A DNA stretch of 64,000 nt from an uncultured Candidatus Saccharibacteria bacterium (lineage in GTDB: Bacteria > Patescibacteriota > WWE3 > 2-01-FULL-39-13). The notes under the pieces were generated by a model that saw only the letters and a program-made list of their open reading frames with translations, had not been told where the DNA came from and ran no database searches. The stretch lies in NCBI GenBank assembly GCA_964370865.1, contig CAYJKF010000003.1, positions 86,359 through 150,358 of the forward strand, read 5' to 3'. Of the stretch, positions 48,902-60,000 are shown piece after piece (the first letter of the stretch is position 1; each line of letters opens with the position of its first letter). Both the position numbers and the translations under genes were made by a program.

Positions 48902-50950
48902 GTGTTTCAATTACAGTCGACTTATAAACCAGCCGGAGGACAGCCAGACGCCATACAAAAGTTAATTGATGGTGTAAAAAAAGGTGACGATGAGCAGACG
49001 TTACTTGGAGTCACTGGTTCGGGTAAAACCTTCGTTGTTGCAAACTTAATTCAAGAGGTTCAGAAGCCAACTCTAATTATTTCTCATAATAAAACCTTAG
49101 CAGCTCAGTTATATCAAGAATTCAGAGACTTTTTTCCAAATAACGCTGTGGAATATTTTGTAAGTTACTACGACTACTATCAACCAGAAAGTTACCTACC
49201 GGCTACCGATACTTATATAGAAAAGGATTCAGACATAAACGAAGAAATTGATAGACTAAGACTTTCGACAACCGCATCGTTAATTACTCGAAAAGATGTA
49301 ATCGTAGTCGCGTCTGTGTCTTGTATTTATAACCTAGGTTCACCAATCGAATATATGAAACAGATTGTCGAACTAGCAAAAGGTATGAAAATACGTCTAC
49401 AAGATATCTTGCTTAGGCTAAATCAACTTTATTACGAAAGAAATGACATTGACTTTCAGAGAGGAAAATACCGTTTAAAAGGCGATACTTTAGACGTATA
49501 TCCTTCATATCAAAGTTATGCTATTCGCCTTGAACTTTTAGAAGATAGAATCACAAATATAAGTTATTTTGATCCGATATCTGGAGAAATACTTGAAAAG
49601 AATAATATTCCAAAAGATAAAAAATTATCAAAAGCACAAGAAGATTTTGTTAAGAATCAATTTGGATACGGCGACAAAGCAATAATCTATCCAGCTAAGC
49701 ACTACGTTGCACCGGAGGATATGCATGAACAAGCAATGTCCGAAATTCGCAGAGATTTAGAAATACGCCATAAGGATTTAAATGACGCAGATAAAAAAAT
49801 GGAAGCATACCGTTTATCTCAAAGAACTAACTATGATCTCGAAATGATAAAAGAGGTTGGATCATGTAAAGGAATAGAAAACTACTCCCGCTACTTTGAT
49901 GGAAGAAAAGAAGGGGAACCTCCACATTCATTAATGGAATTTTTCCCGAAAGACTATTTGCTTGTTGTTGATGAATCACACATAACAGTTCCACAAATAA
50001 GAGCAATGTATAACGGAGATAGAGCACGTAAACAAACTTTAGTTGATTATGGTTTTAGACTTCCATCCGCGCTTGATAATAGACCACTTAAATTTGATGA
50101 ATTCGAACGAAGAATGGGTCAAACAGTATACGCTTCCGCTACACCTACAGAATGGGAATTAGCTCGAAGTAAGCAGGTTGTCGAGCTTGTTGTAAGACCA
50201 ACTGGATTAATCGATCCTGAAATCGAAATACTTCCATCAAAAGGACAAATTCAAGACCTAGAAGCAAAGTGCAGAGAAGTTATAAGCAAAAAAGAGAGAG
50301 TATTAGTAACGACATTAACTAAACGAATGGCAGAGGACTTATCCGGTTACTTCGCAGATAAGGGATTTAAAGTCGCTTATCTCCACAGCGATATTGAGAC
50401 ACTCGAGAGATCAGATATCCTCGATAATTTAAGAAAAGGCGAATACGATATTTTAGTTGGAATTAACCTTCTCAGAGAAGGGTTAGACTTGCCAGAAGTA
50501 TCACTCGTCGCGATTTTGGATGCAGATAAAGAAGGATTCCTAAGGAGCCAAACCTCTTTAATTCAAACAATGGGTAGAGCAGCAAGGCACTTACAAGGAA
50601 AAGTTGTAATGTATGCGGATACAATTACCGGCTCCATGCAAAGGGCAATTGAGGAAGTAGGCAGAAGAAGAGAAATCCAAATTCAATACAACAAAGATAA
50701 CAATATAACACCAATTTCTATTCAAAAGCCTATTCGAGATAGGATTCTTGAAAAAATTATTGATATCGATGAATCCGAAAACATCGAAGAAATGGAAATT
50801 GAAAAATTCGAATTTCAAACTATGTCGCCTAAAAAACAGAAGGATATTATCAAAAAACTCGAGCTAAAAATGAAGACAGCAGCCGAACTTCTTGAATTCG
50901 AAACCGCCGCAAGACTTAGAGACAGGGTAAAAGAACTCAAAGCTAAGTAA
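48902..50950 (+). CDS. uvrB: Excinuclease ABC subunit B
   Basis: GTG start. GVTGSGKTF Walker A. Helicase motifs. C-terminal UvrB/UvrC-interaction helix ELLEFETAARLRDRVKELK. Confidence 0.9.
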   Translation: MFQLQSTYKPAGGQPDAIQKLIDGVKKGDDEQTLLGVTGSGKTFVVANLIQEVQKPTLIISHNKTLAAQLYQEFRDFFPNNAVEYFVSYYDYYQPESYLPATDTYIEKDSDINEEIDRLRLSTTASLITRKDVIVVASVSCIYNLGSPIEYMKQIVELAKGMKIRLQDILLRLNQLYYERNDIDFQRGKYRLKGDTLDVYPSYQSYAIRLELLEDRITNISYFDPISGEILEKNNIPKDKKLSKAQEDFVKNQFGYGDKAIIYPAKHYVAPEDMHEQAMSEIRRDLEIRHKDLNDADKKMEAYRLSQRTNYDLEMIKEVGSCKGIENYSRYFDGRKEGEPPHSLMEFFPKDYLLVVDESHITVPQIRAMYNGDRARKQTLVDYGFRLPSALDNRPLKFDEFERRMGQTVYASATPTEWELARSKQVVELVVRPTGLIDPEIEILPSKGQIQDLEAKCREVISKKERVLVTTLTKRMAEDLSGYFADKGFKVAYLHSDIETLERSDILDNLRKGEYDILVGINLLREGLDLPEVSLVAILDADKEGFLRSQTSLIQTMGRAARHLQGKVVMYADTITGSMQRAIEEVGRRREIQIQYNKDNNITPISIQKPIRDRILEKIIDIDESENIEEMEIEKFEFQTMSPKKQKDIIKKLELKMKTAAELLEFETAARLRDRVKELKAK

Positions 50951-50989
50951 GCTTTATGAAAAATTCCTCCGTATGTTAGACTTATTTTA

Positions 50990-51646
50990 ATGTCCAGACG
51001 TAAATCATCGAATTCCAATGCTTATTTAATTCTTGCCTTAGCACTGATATTTGGTACTGGTTTTCTGTATTTTAATCAAATTTCCCCAAAAGTCTTATCG
51101 GATCATGACGAAATAATAGGATTTGATGAAGATACAATCAAAGGAACGCCAACACCAACCACTAGTGCAAGTCCCACTCCAACCGGAATAACAACACCAA
51201 TTCCAGAACCTACTTTCACTATTCCCGATGAACCAATTAGCGATGCAGATAAGGAACCAATAGATTTTTTTAATAGACCTTTTGAAGAATTATCCTCCTT
51301 ATATAAATCCGCATCTTCTACAGTAGCTTCACAATTTGGAATCAACTCAAGCGAAGAAATAAAATTAAAGAAAACGATGATCTTAACAGAAGTCAGATAT
51401 CAAAAAATGCTAGAACAAATAGGCACTACCATTAATCAAAATCGAGATAAATACACACCTGAAAAATTACAAACCCTATTAACTCAATATAATGATTTGA
51501 AAGTGAATCTTGATGGATTTGAAAAAGCTCTAGAAACGATTGAAAGTGGACAAGATTTAAATGCAACGGTAAATGGTATCAAAGGAAATTCCGAAGCAAT
51601 GAGAAAGCAAATCCAAGCTTTAATAAATAATTTAGGAGTAGAATAG
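50990..51646 (+). CDS. Hypothetical membrane-anchored protein with PT linker
   Basis: N-terminal TM. TPTPTTSASPTPTGITTP. Confidence 0.45.
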   Translation: MSRRKSSNSNAYLILALALIFGTGFLYFNQISPKVLSDHDEIIGFDEDTIKGTPTPTTSASPTPTGITTPIPEPTFTIPDEPISDADKEPIDFFNRPFEELSSLYKSASSTVASQFGINSSEEIKLKKTMILTEVRYQKMLEQIGTTINQNRDKYTPEKLQTLLTQYNDLKVNLDGFEKALETIESGQDLNATVNGIKGNSEAMRKQIQALINNLGVE

Positions 51647-51647
51647 A

Positions 51648-52268
51648 ATGCCTGACGACTTACCAAACTTAAATATCGGTTCAGCAAGCCCAGATATTGT
51701 GCCTACTGACATTCCTTTAGCTGAAATTCCCGCTGATGTGAAGGTAGAGTCAAGTAACCCAATGCCACCAACCGACGAAAATCCTAATGCACAAAATGTA
51801 GGCGAGCTATTTGAAGATCGTCCATCATTTTTAGGAGACCAAGCAATCTTTGGTGGTCAAAATACAGAGCCCAAAAATCATAAAACCGCAAATTTCAATA
51901 AAACCTACGAGGCAAATGTACAAACCAATAAAAAAAGTCACATAAAGGAAATTATTATAATTGGATTAGGTATATTCATGCTTCTTATATCGGGTGGCAC
52001 CTACTTATTTCTAAATAAAGACAGGTACTTTGGGCCAAAGACTGTCCCCTCTGACCAACAAGTTGTTCCCAGTACAGACAACAATGAACCAAGTGGAAAA
52101 ATTGACTTTGGTGATGCTCAATTACCTGAAGATATAAACTCTGACACCTTTATTAGAAGCTTAGATCAAGTATCTCAGGAAAATAATGTGAGTCAGAAAA
52201 TCATTTTATTACAACAACTAGACATTCCATCAGTTAATGTTGAATTGATGAAAATTACTCTGCAGTAG
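51648..52268 (+). CDS. Hypothetical single-TM protein
   Basis: TM at aa about 105-127. Confidence 0.4.
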   Translation: MPDDLPNLNIGSASPDIVPTDIPLAEIPADVKVESSNPMPPTDENPNAQNVGELFEDRPSFLGDQAIFGGQNTEPKNHKTANFNKTYEANVQTNKKSHIKEIIIIGLGIFMLLISGGTYLFLNKDRYFGPKTVPSDQQVVPSTDNNEPSGKIDFGDAQLPEDINSDTFIRSLDQVSQENNVSQKIILLQQLDIPSVNVELMKITLQ

Positions 52269-52331
52269 GTCTTTTCTGTTAGTTATAGCTATCCACATAA
52301 AACCCGAAGATGTGTTAAAATTACCGTTTGT

Positions 52332-55253
52332 ATGAACGAATTCATAAAAGTTCACGGAGCTAACGAACACAACCTCAAAAACGTCAGTTTAGAAATTCCA
52401 AAGAATAAATTAGTGGTCTTTACAGGAGTATCTGGCTCAGGAAAATCATCTCTAGCAATGGATACAATCTTCGCTGAGGGCCAAAGAAGATATGTGGAAT
52501 CATTATCATCATATGCAAGACAGTTTTTAGGTGTTATGAAAAAACCTGCAGTTGAATCTATCGAAGGTTTATCTCCAGCTATCGCAATTGATCAAAAAAC
52601 TGTTTCTCACAATCCAAGATCAACTGTTGGAACCGTTACCGAAATATATGATTATATGAGATTATTATTCGCACGTATTGGACACCCACATTGTCCAAAT
52701 TGTGGCAGAGAAATTGAACATTTATCCGTTGATCAAATTGTAGGATTAATATGCAAATCTCATGAAAAATCAACCAAACAAACAAGAATAATGATTTTGT
52801 CACCTCTCGTTAAAGATAGAAAAGGTGAGTACAATCAGCTTTTTGGCAACCTAATCAAACAAGGTTACGCCAGAGTCAGGATAGATGGAAAAGTATATCA
52901 ACTAAAGGAAGACATTAATTTAATTAAGACCAATAAACATACAGTTGAAGTAATCGTAGATAGGCTTGTATTGACTACAGAAAAGATTGCAGATAAAGAA
53001 TTTATTTCTAGGTTATCTCAATCAGTAGAAACCGCACTTACGCTAGGCAATGGTTTTGTAATTTCAACTAAGGTAATGGATTCTGGTTTTGAATTTCCAG
53101 AGGCTCCTACAAAAATGCAAGACCACTTATATAGTGAAAGATTTGCTTGCCCAGTATGTAATATCTCTCTCCCAGAAATTGAACCCAGAAGTTTTTCTTT
53201 TAATTCTCCTCATGGTGCATGCGAAGTATGTACTGGCCTTGGAACAGAATTAAAAATAAATACAGAAACGATTATCGCAGATGAATTAAGTGTTCTTGAA
53301 GGTGGAATAATTCCTTGGGCATCTTTGGTTGAAAAAGATGGTTGGAATAGAGCTGTACTCGAAGCGCTATCTCGTACTCATGGAATTGATTTACGAGCCC
53401 CACTCAATAAATTAACCAAAGAAAAAATACAATTATTATTAAAAGGTACTGGCAGTCAAATTTACGATGTCTTTTATAAAGGTCGAACAGTTAATGGCAA
53501 ATTTGAAGGAGTTGTAACTAACCTAGAGAGAAGGTACAAAGATACTGATTCTGAATATATAAGACATGAAATAGAAAAATATATGATTAAGGAGCCATGT
53601 CCAAAATGTAAGGGAGACAGGTTAAGCGATAAGGCGTTAAGCGTAACCATACACGAGAGTAATATTGCTTATGTCTCGGCGCTTTCGGTTAAAGAATGTA
53701 AGGACTGGATTACTAATTTAGAGAAAATAAATGTATCTAAAAGGGAAATAGAAATTAGTACAGCCATCATAAGAGAAATAGAATCGAGATTAGAATTCTT
53801 AATTGACGTTGGACTATCGTATTTAACTATCTCAAGAGCTTCTGCCACACTTGCAGGAGGAGAAGCTCAGCGTATCCGACTTGCCTCACAAATCGGATCT
53901 AAATTATCCGGAGTCTTATATGTTTTAGATGAACCGTCTGTTGGATTACATACAAGAGATCATTCCAAATTAATTAAGACTCTAAAAGATTTGAGAGATT
54001 TGGGAAATACTGTGCTTGTAGTTGAACACGACGAGCAAACAATGCTCGAATCAGATTATATTTTTGATTTTGGACCTGGCGCAGGACATAAAGGTGGAAC
54101 TTTGGTTGCAAGTGGTACTCCCGAGGAATTAAAGAATAATGAAAAATCAATTACTGGTCCATATCTTTCTGGAAAAAAGAAAATTACCGCTGACAATTAT
54201 TTTTCTAAAGAAGATTTAAAGAAAATAAAAGAAATCGGCACCGTTGATGATAATACAAAATGGATTAAGCTAGTAGGAGCTTCAGGACATAATTTAAAAA
54301 ATATTGATGTCGATTTTCCTCTCAACAAATTAATTTCAGTTACCGGAGTTTCTGGATCAGGAAAATCTACACTTATAAACGAAACTTTATTAGCATTACT
54401 ACGAGAAGAAAAGGGTCTTAAAAATGACCATAAACCAGCAGATTGCAAGGGAATAATAGGAGCAGAATTAGTCGATAAAATTATTAGCATTGATCAAAAC
54501 CCAATTGGACGAACTCCAAGAAGTAATCCTGCAACTTATACTAAAGTTTTTGATGAAATAAGAGAGCTTTTCGCACAAAGTAAAACAGCTAAAATTAGAG
54601 GTTACAAAGCAGGTCGATTCTCATTTAATGTAAAAGGTGGACGTTGCGAAGCATGCCAAGGAGACGGCCAAAATAAAATTGAAATGCAATTTATGCCAGA
54701 TGTATATGTTGACTGCGAAGTCTGTGGAGGCAAACGTTATAATCGAGAAACCTTAGAAGTAGAATATAAAGATAAAACCGTCGCAGATGTTTTGGATTTA
54801 ACAGTAGACGACGCTCTAGCATTTTTTGAACATCACACAAAAATTCACGATAAGCTAATGACTCTTCATGACGTTGGACTAGGATATATAACTCTTGGAC
54901 AATCAGCCACTACTTTATCAGGAGGAGAAGCACAACGAGTCAAATTAGCCGCAGAACTATCTAAAAAAGGAACAGGAAAGACTTTCTACGTTTTAGACGA
55001 GCCAACCACAGGTTTACATTTTGCCGATTTAGAAAGATTAATTTCAATCATGAGAAGGCTTGTTCTAAAAGGCAATACAGTACTAGTAATAGAACATAAC
55101 CTCGATATCATTAAAAACTCAGACTGGATTATCGACCTTGGCCCAGATGGCGGTAAAGACGGCGGAGAAGTCATTTTTACAGGTTCCATAGCCGATTTAT
55201 TAAAAGATAAGAAATCATATACCGCAGATGCTGTTAGAAAATGGGTGGTGTAA
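52332..55253 (+). CDS. uvrA: Excinuclease ABC subunit A
   Basis: Two ABC modules ([11 protein letters not shown] and [11 protein letters not shown]). Zn-finger Cys pairs. Signature LSGGEAQR. Confidence 0.9.
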   Translation: MNEFIKVHGANEHNLKNVSLEIPKNKLVVFTGVSGSGKSSLAMDTIFAEGQRRYVESLSSYARQFLGVMKKPAVESIEGLSPAIAIDQKTVSHNPRSTVGTVTEIYDYMRLLFARIGHPHCPNCGREIEHLSVDQIVGLICKSHEKSTKQTRIMILSPLVKDRKGEYNQLFGNLIKQGYARVRIDGKVYQLKEDINLIKTNKHTVEVIVDRLVLTTEKIADKEFISRLSQSVETALTLGNGFVISTKVMDSGFEFPEAPTKMQDHLYSERFACPVCNISLPEIEPRSFSFNSPHGACEVCTGLGTELKINTETIIADELSVLEGGIIPWASLVEKDGWNRAVLEALSRTHGIDLRAPLNKLTKEKIQLLLKGTGSQIYDVFYKGRTVNGKFEGVVTNLERRYKDTDSEYIRHEIEKYMIKEPCPKCKGDRLSDKALSVTIHESNIAYVSALSVKECKDWITNLEKINVSKREIEISTAIIREIESRLEFLIDVGLSYLTISRASATLAGGEAQRIRLASQIGSKLSGVLYVLDEPSVGLHTRDHSKLIKTLKDLRDLGNTVLVVEHDEQTMLESDYIFDFGPGAGHKGGTLVASGTPEELKNNEKSITGPYLSGKKKITADNYFSKEDLKKIKEIGTVDDNTKWIKLVGASGHNLKNIDVDFPLNKLISVTGVSGSGKSTLINETLLALLREEKGLKNDHKPADCKGIIGAELVDKIISIDQNPIGRTPRSNPATYTKVFDEIRELFAQSKTAKIRGYKAGRFSFNVKGGRCEACQGDGQNKIEMQFMPDVYVDCEVCGGKRYNRETLEVEYKDKTVADVLDLTVDDALAFFEHHTKIHDKLMTLHDVGLGYITLGQSATTLSGGEAQRVKLAAELSKKGTGKTFYVLDEPTTGLHFADLERLISIMRRLVLKGNTVLVIEHNLDIIKNSDWIIDLGPDGGKDGGEVIFTGSIADLLKDKKSYTADAVRKWVV

Positions 55254-55385
55254 CGCAAACCTCATAACTATAATTAAATAGCCTTGTATACCATTGACCT
55301 AATAGTATAATTATAGGACGTTCGCAACGCGCGAATCGGTTTTTCGCACATTAATAACATATCAACCAGAACAAGGAGATAGATC

Positions 55386-57500
55386 ATGAATACTCGACTA
55401 ACAGTGTTCGTTTTTGTGGCTGCAATCATCATGAGTAGCTTGCCATCTAATGCAAACGCTCAAGATGTGACCTCTGAAGAAGTTTGGACACCAATCTACG
55501 CAGAAGTTCCTCAGGTTGTTGAGTCAGCATCCTTGAACAGAAACGATTATGTTTGTTTCTGGGAAAAGGTTGTGGATGAGACAGTCCAAGAGGCCGATAC
55601 ATCGCAGTTTTTGGCAACAGTAGAAACGCCAACTGCGTACTCAGGAAATCGTGCTTTCAGACGTTTCGGTGACGAAACACCTTCTGGAACCACGACGAGA
55701 ATTAAACTGTCAGCTCAACTAGCAATCCCAGAAGCCGAGCTCGTTTTTATAAGAGCTTACTACCGTGGCATAGACGTTGGTCAGTACGACAACATCGTAG
55801 CTTCGGTGAAGGTGAATGGACAAGATTTACCAGGAAGCGCACCAGTACAGCTCACGCGTGGACCAGTCAGCAATGATTGGCAAAGATGGGAAGTTGTTTT
55901 ACCACAAGGATCTACAAGTGTGGATTTCGAACTTTTCGGGAACTATGTCGATGGAAACTCATACGACATAGACCAAGTCGGCATCGGCTGGTGTAAGACC
56001 GCCACCAATGCTGAACCAGAGATATTGCCACCAGGCGATATCCTTAGTATGTATGCACCAGTACTGCTATTTGGTGGGCAACTCCGAAACCACGGAACAA
56101 GTGCCATTGTGGCATTTGACCCAAGAGGGCTCAGAAGTTTTGAGTTACTCTGGGAAGCAGGAGAAGCTAGTAAGGTTTTGAACCGCCAATGGGGCTTGGG
56201 AGACAATCCCGCCGGTTGGCATTATGGAGGACTGAGACTCGGGGACAAGCTATGGATGGCGAAGGATAGTCTAGAATCATGGAGTTACGCAGGGAAGATC
56301 ACCAGCACTCGCTGTTTTTCCGAAGTAGGTTGTGCCAACCACATGAATGCGCTTCTTCAGAAGATTGCACAAATGGAGCGATCCGGTAACTCAAATCCAG
56401 ATAAACTGCAACATCTCAAGGACGTTGCGCTATGGATGGAGGGAAAGATCGGGTATTACACGGAAGTAGTTAAGCAGGGAAGACTTGCTTACTTGCAACA
56501 GCAGGTGAATTTGGTCTTTGAGGTTAGGGGAGCACAGTTGTCCGAATCCTACAGCAAAATGGGTAGGTATCAGTATATACTGGATGGTCGGATGCCTTGG
56601 AGTCAGCTAAGAGCTATAGAGATGCCAGCTGGCACAAGTCGCCAAATGTCCCTCAATATATGGAAGCAATTCGTCGCTTCGGGAGCCCCACGCATCACGA
56701 AGTTAGTAGTCGGTGATGTCGAGGAACAGATTTCCTTATGGACACGCTACACTGGTCAGTTGAGGAGCTATAATGTTCCAAGTCTAATTGCCGTAGGTGG
56801 AACAGCACTTACCGCGACGATGACATACGTTAGATCAGCAACTGCACTAGCAAATGAATATGCACTACCAGCAGTAGGTGCTGTCGTTGGTGGTGATGCG
56901 CTACTTGATACTCTGATGTACGTGGATTTAGATCCCAACGAAACCTCAATGAGTTGGGATGAATATCTAGTCTCCGAGAATCTTCTCGTGGCTGCACTCT
57001 CTGGCAGAGAATCCAGTTTGCCGATTGTGCAATCAATTATCGGCTACGAGAATTCGTCGCTACAAATCTGTATTCCACAAGAGAAGGAATTTCTTGTGAA
57101 CTACGATCTTCATGCCACTTCGTTCACACATCCTCAGGTGTGTTCATTCCAGTGGTGGAAGATTTCGGCAAAAGACGACAATGGTGTAACTATCTCCAAA
57201 GTTGGGACTGACATCCAACTTCCACTCTCACAAGAGCTAGGTGGCAGTACATACTCCATGGCATCGTTCGATCGAGATCACGGCATGATATTGGCTGACT
57301 TCTGGTTTGAACTAGTGAGGTTCGATTCCGCGCAAAACACTGCGACTATTGCAGTATCATTTGTCGGTTTTCGGACTTCGGAGGAGCTAGGGCTCTGTTA
57401 TGCCTGGCTACCGCCGGAAAAGTCTCAAGCCCTTGGGCGCGAACAATGTGCCAAAGGGGCGCAACAGGCGTACTTACCAGCAGTAAGTTCTGGCCGGTAA
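55386..57500 (+). CDS. Hypothetical secreted protein (704 aa) encoded in GC-rich island 2
   Basis: Signal peptide. Noticeably higher GC than flanks. Canonical SD AAGGAG (55373-55378) 7 nt upstream. Confidence 0.6.
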   Translation: MNTRLTVFVFVAAIIMSSLPSNANAQDVTSEEVWTPIYAEVPQVVESASLNRNDYVCFWEKVVDETVQEADTSQFLATVETPTAYSGNRAFRRFGDETPSGTTTRIKLSAQLAIPEAELVFIRAYYRGIDVGQYDNIVASVKVNGQDLPGSAPVQLTRGPVSNDWQRWEVVLPQGSTSVDFELFGNYVDGNSYDIDQVGIGWCKTATNAEPEILPPGDILSMYAPVLLFGGQLRNHGTSAIVAFDPRGLRSFELLWEAGEASKVLNRQWGLGDNPAGWHYGGLRLGDKLWMAKDSLESWSYAGKITSTRCFSEVGCANHMNALLQKIAQMERSGNSNPDKLQHLKDVALWMEGKIGYYTEVVKQGRLAYLQQQVNLVFEVRGAQLSESYSKMGRYQYILDGRMPWSQLRAIEMPAGTSRQMSLNIWKQFVASGAPRITKLVVGDVEEQISLWTRYTGQLRSYNVPSLIAVGGTALTATMTYVRSATALANEYALPAVGAVVGGDALLDTLMYVDLDPNETSMSWDEYLVSENLLVAALSGRESSLPIVQSIIGYENSSLQICIPQEKEFLVNYDLHATSFTHPQVCSFQWWKISAKDDNGVTISKVGTDIQLPLSQELGGSTYSMASFDRDHGMILADFWFELVRFDSAQNTATIAVSFVGFRTSEELGLCYAWLPPEKSQALGREQCAKGAQQAYLPAVSSGR

Positions 57501-57508
57501 GGCAACAA

Positions 57509-57570
57509 AAGGCGTTATGCGAATTTTTGGATCTAATCCATTAAATCTCGTATAGCGCCTTGTTTTTTTT
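57509..57570. terminator. Bidirectional terminator-like hairpin (AAGGCGTTATGCG ... CGTATAGCGCCTT, 11/13 bp) with T8 run
   Basis: Lies between convergent genes. U-run on the + strand. Confidence 0.5.
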
Positions 57571-57997
57571 ATAGGGTAATTGATTCGTTATTAAAAAATA
57601 CCGATGCTTTATATTGAATATCTTCACCATCTTTTGGATCTGAATTTGCCTGAATAATCGCACTCACATTATCTTCAGTTAAATTAACATCAAATCTTTT
57701 TCTACTTGAATCAAAATACCAATATCCACCTTGGGTTTGCTTATCATCTAAACTCAATTGACCAGATACTTCATTTACAAATGAGCCACTAGGATTAAAT
57801 GTTAAATAATGCATAAGGTTACCGACAGTAAAACCATCCACAATAGAAGAAAGTTGTTCTAAAACTTCTATGTGAGCTTGAGAATTTTTGCCCTTTAGGG
57901 GACCCAATTTGGAATCTTTAAATCTCTTTAAAAAAGAAGTCGTTTCTTGTTCTAACTCGGCGATTCTTGAATCTTCTAAGACTGTAGGATTATTCAC
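57569..57997 (-). CDS. Hypothetical protein
   Basis: 142 aa. No recognisable domain. Confidence 0.4.
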   Translation of the reverse strand: MNNPTVLEDSRIAELEQETTSFLKRFKDSKLGPLKGKNSQAHIEVLEQLSSIVDGFTVGNLMHYLTFNPSGSFVNEVSGQLSLDDKQTQGGYWYFDSSRKRFDVNLTEDNVSAIIQANSDPKDGEDIQYKASVFFNNESITL

Positions 57998-58023
57998 GAT
58001 ATAATTATATCATTCACATAGCT

Positions 58024-59364
58024 ATGTTTGATATTTCGAATCTCCCCGAAAGCCCAGGGGTCTACATCTACAAAGATCACACTAAAAAAGTCCTATATGT
58101 AGGCAAAGCAGTTAATCTCAAAAACCGTGTTAAAAGCTATTTCCAAAATATCGAAGCTTTAAGCCCTAAAACACAGGCAATGATTAGCAAAATCGCTGAT
58201 ATAGAACATATAAACGTTGAAAATGAAATCGAAGCCTTGTTACTCGAAGCCGATTTAATCAAGAGATATAGACCGCCTTACAACATCACACTAAAGGACG
58301 ATAAATTTTATAAATACATCAAAATAGGAAAAAACAAATTACCAACTCCAGATGGAGAATCTAAAACAATTTCCAAAATAGTCACCTCACGTAAAAAAAC
58401 AAAAGAAGGCGAATATTTTGGTCCATATCCTGAATCAAACTCAATTCTAGTAATCACAAAAACCTTGAGAAAAATATTCCCATACAGAGATTGTTCAACT
58501 CAAAAATTCACCAGATATCAAAAAACAAAAAGACCTTGTTTATATGGACATCTTGGATTATGTCCTGCGCCATGCCAAGGAGGCGAAGCAATAACCGAAA
58601 ACAATATTAATATTAAAAAAATTCAAGAGTACCTTAGCGGAAAACGATCCCTAATGTTTAAGCAATTAGAACGAGAAATGAAAGAGCTATCCAAAAATCA
58701 TGAATATGAAAAGGCCGCAGTAATCCGGGATCAAATTAATAGTTATAACTACTTAACCCAAACTAAAAATAACGTAAATGAATATCTTAAAAACCCAGAC
58801 CTAATCCACAATAAAGGTTCAGATGCTGTTACTAAACTATTAACGGAACTGGAAAAATCATTCAAACTACAATTTACAAATACCGATACTGAAACATTTA
58901 GAATAGAAACTTATGATATATCGAACATGTCTGGTAAATCGGCAATTGGTGCTATGGCAGTTACAACTGGAGGCGTTCCAGATAAAAGCGAATACCGAAA
59001 ATTCCGAATAAAAACAAAAGACACACCAGATGACTTTTTTATGCTCCAAGAAATTCTAAAAAGAAGATTTAATAGAATAGGGGAGTCAGAGTGGGAATCG
59101 CCAGATTTAATAGTAATCGATGGAGGAAAAGGACAACTTTCATCAGCTATTGAAGCAATCGAATCAAAAGACATCAAAATTCCTATAATCTCACTCGCCA
59201 AAAAAGAAGAACTAATTTTTTACTATGACGGAAAGGAATTTCAATACATAAACCTAGATATAAATAATCCAGCTCTAAAACTAGTAATTATTGGTAGAGA
59301 CGAAGTCCATAGATTTGGAATTGCATACCATAGACAACTTCGAATGAAAAATCTGTATCAATAG
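58024..59364 (+). CDS. uvrC: Excinuclease ABC subunit C (short form lacking C-terminal (HhH)2)
   Basis: GIY-YIG GVYIYKDHTKKVLYVGKAVNLKNR. RNase H-like C-terminal LIVIDGGKGQL. Confidence 0.85.
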   Translation: MFDISNLPESPGVYIYKDHTKKVLYVGKAVNLKNRVKSYFQNIEALSPKTQAMISKIADIEHINVENEIEALLLEADLIKRYRPPYNITLKDDKFYKYIKIGKNKLPTPDGESKTISKIVTSRKKTKEGEYFGPYPESNSILVITKTLRKIFPYRDCSTQKFTRYQKTKRPCLYGHLGLCPAPCQGGEAITENNINIKKIQEYLSGKRSLMFKQLEREMKELSKNHEYEKAAVIRDQINSYNYLTQTKNNVNEYLKNPDLIHNKGSDAVTKLLTELEKSFKLQFTNTDTETFRIETYDISNMSGKSAIGAMAVTTGGVPDKSEYRKFRIKTKDTPDDFFMLQEILKRRFNRIGESEWESPDLIVIDGGKGQLSSAIEAIESKDIKIPIISLAKKEELIFYYDGKEFQYINLDINNPALKLVIIGRDEVHRFGIAYHRQLRMKNLYQ

Positions 59365-59380
59365 GATAAAATAAAAGAAC

Positions 59381-59782
59381 ATGATTAAAAAGATATTTCG
59401 ATCAGTCGTAAGCTACGCTATAGCAATGATATTTACATCATTCATTATTGATGGATTCGACCTCACTCTTGATACCGTAACAATATTATCCGCATCGGTT
59501 GTACTAATGCTGGTGCAATTCATACTAAAGCCGGTAATTAAACTAATCTCATTTCCGATTAACGCTGTTACGCTAGGTTTCTTCGAATTTCTAATAAATT
59601 CAATATTGCTCTATCTAACAGCCTTCCTAATTAATGGGTTAGAAATCGAAGCCGGAACACTAGATTTCGGTTATTTAGGTATAGTGATGCAACAAATCGA
59701 ATTATCCAAACTTGGCGTTCTTATTGCATCTGCGACTTCTATAAGTATAATTAATTGGCTATTAAGAGTAGTTCTTTTTTAA
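59381..59782 (+). CDS. DUF360/YvlD-type (phage holin family IV-like) small membrane protein
   Basis: Four-TM pattern. ...AIAMIFTSFIIDGF...LISFPINAVTLGFF... Confidence 0.55.
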   Translation: MIKKIFRSVVSYAIAMIFTSFIIDGFDLTLDTVTILSASVVLMLVQFILKPVIKLISFPINAVTLGFFEFLINSILLYLTAFLINGLEIEAGTLDFGYLGIVMQQIELSKLGVLIASATSISIINWLLRVVLF

Positions 59783-59787
59783 AAAAT

Positions 59788-60000
59788 ATGGACGTGTCAA
59801 TGGTAATGAACATTATACAAGCGATACTAGGAGTTATGATTATTGCCCTGGTATTGATACAACAACAAGATGCTGGCTTTTATTCATCTTCTAGCAACAT
59901 AAACAGATCTCGTAGAGGAATTGAGAAATTTACCTACAATTCAACCGTAGTTATAGCGATACTCTTTGTATCAATCTCTATAGCTAATTTTGTATTTTAA
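59788..60000 (+). CDS. secG: Preprotein translocase subunit SecG
   Basis: Start at ATG 59788 (MDVSMVMNIIQAILGVMIIALVLIQQQDAGF...). Two TM helices flanking the conserved loop. Confidence 0.6.
   Translation: MDVSMVMNIIQAILGVMIIALVLIQQQDAGFYSSSSNINRSRRGIEKFTYNSTVVIAILFVSISIANFVF

Noticed and set aside
55290-55330. sigma70-like promoter TTGACC...TATAAT upstream of the island-2 gene
   Set aside because: The hexamer spacing is only about 6 nt, so it is not a functional -35/-10 pair as it stands.
58015-58026. ACAT-N-ATGT palindromes upstream of lexA, uvrA and uvrC as a common SOS box
   Set aside because: Spacing differs (N9, N11, N4), and ACAT/ATGT tetramers are frequent in AT-rich DNA. Only the shared ACCCGAA and ATAGCTAT cores are retained as weak candidates.
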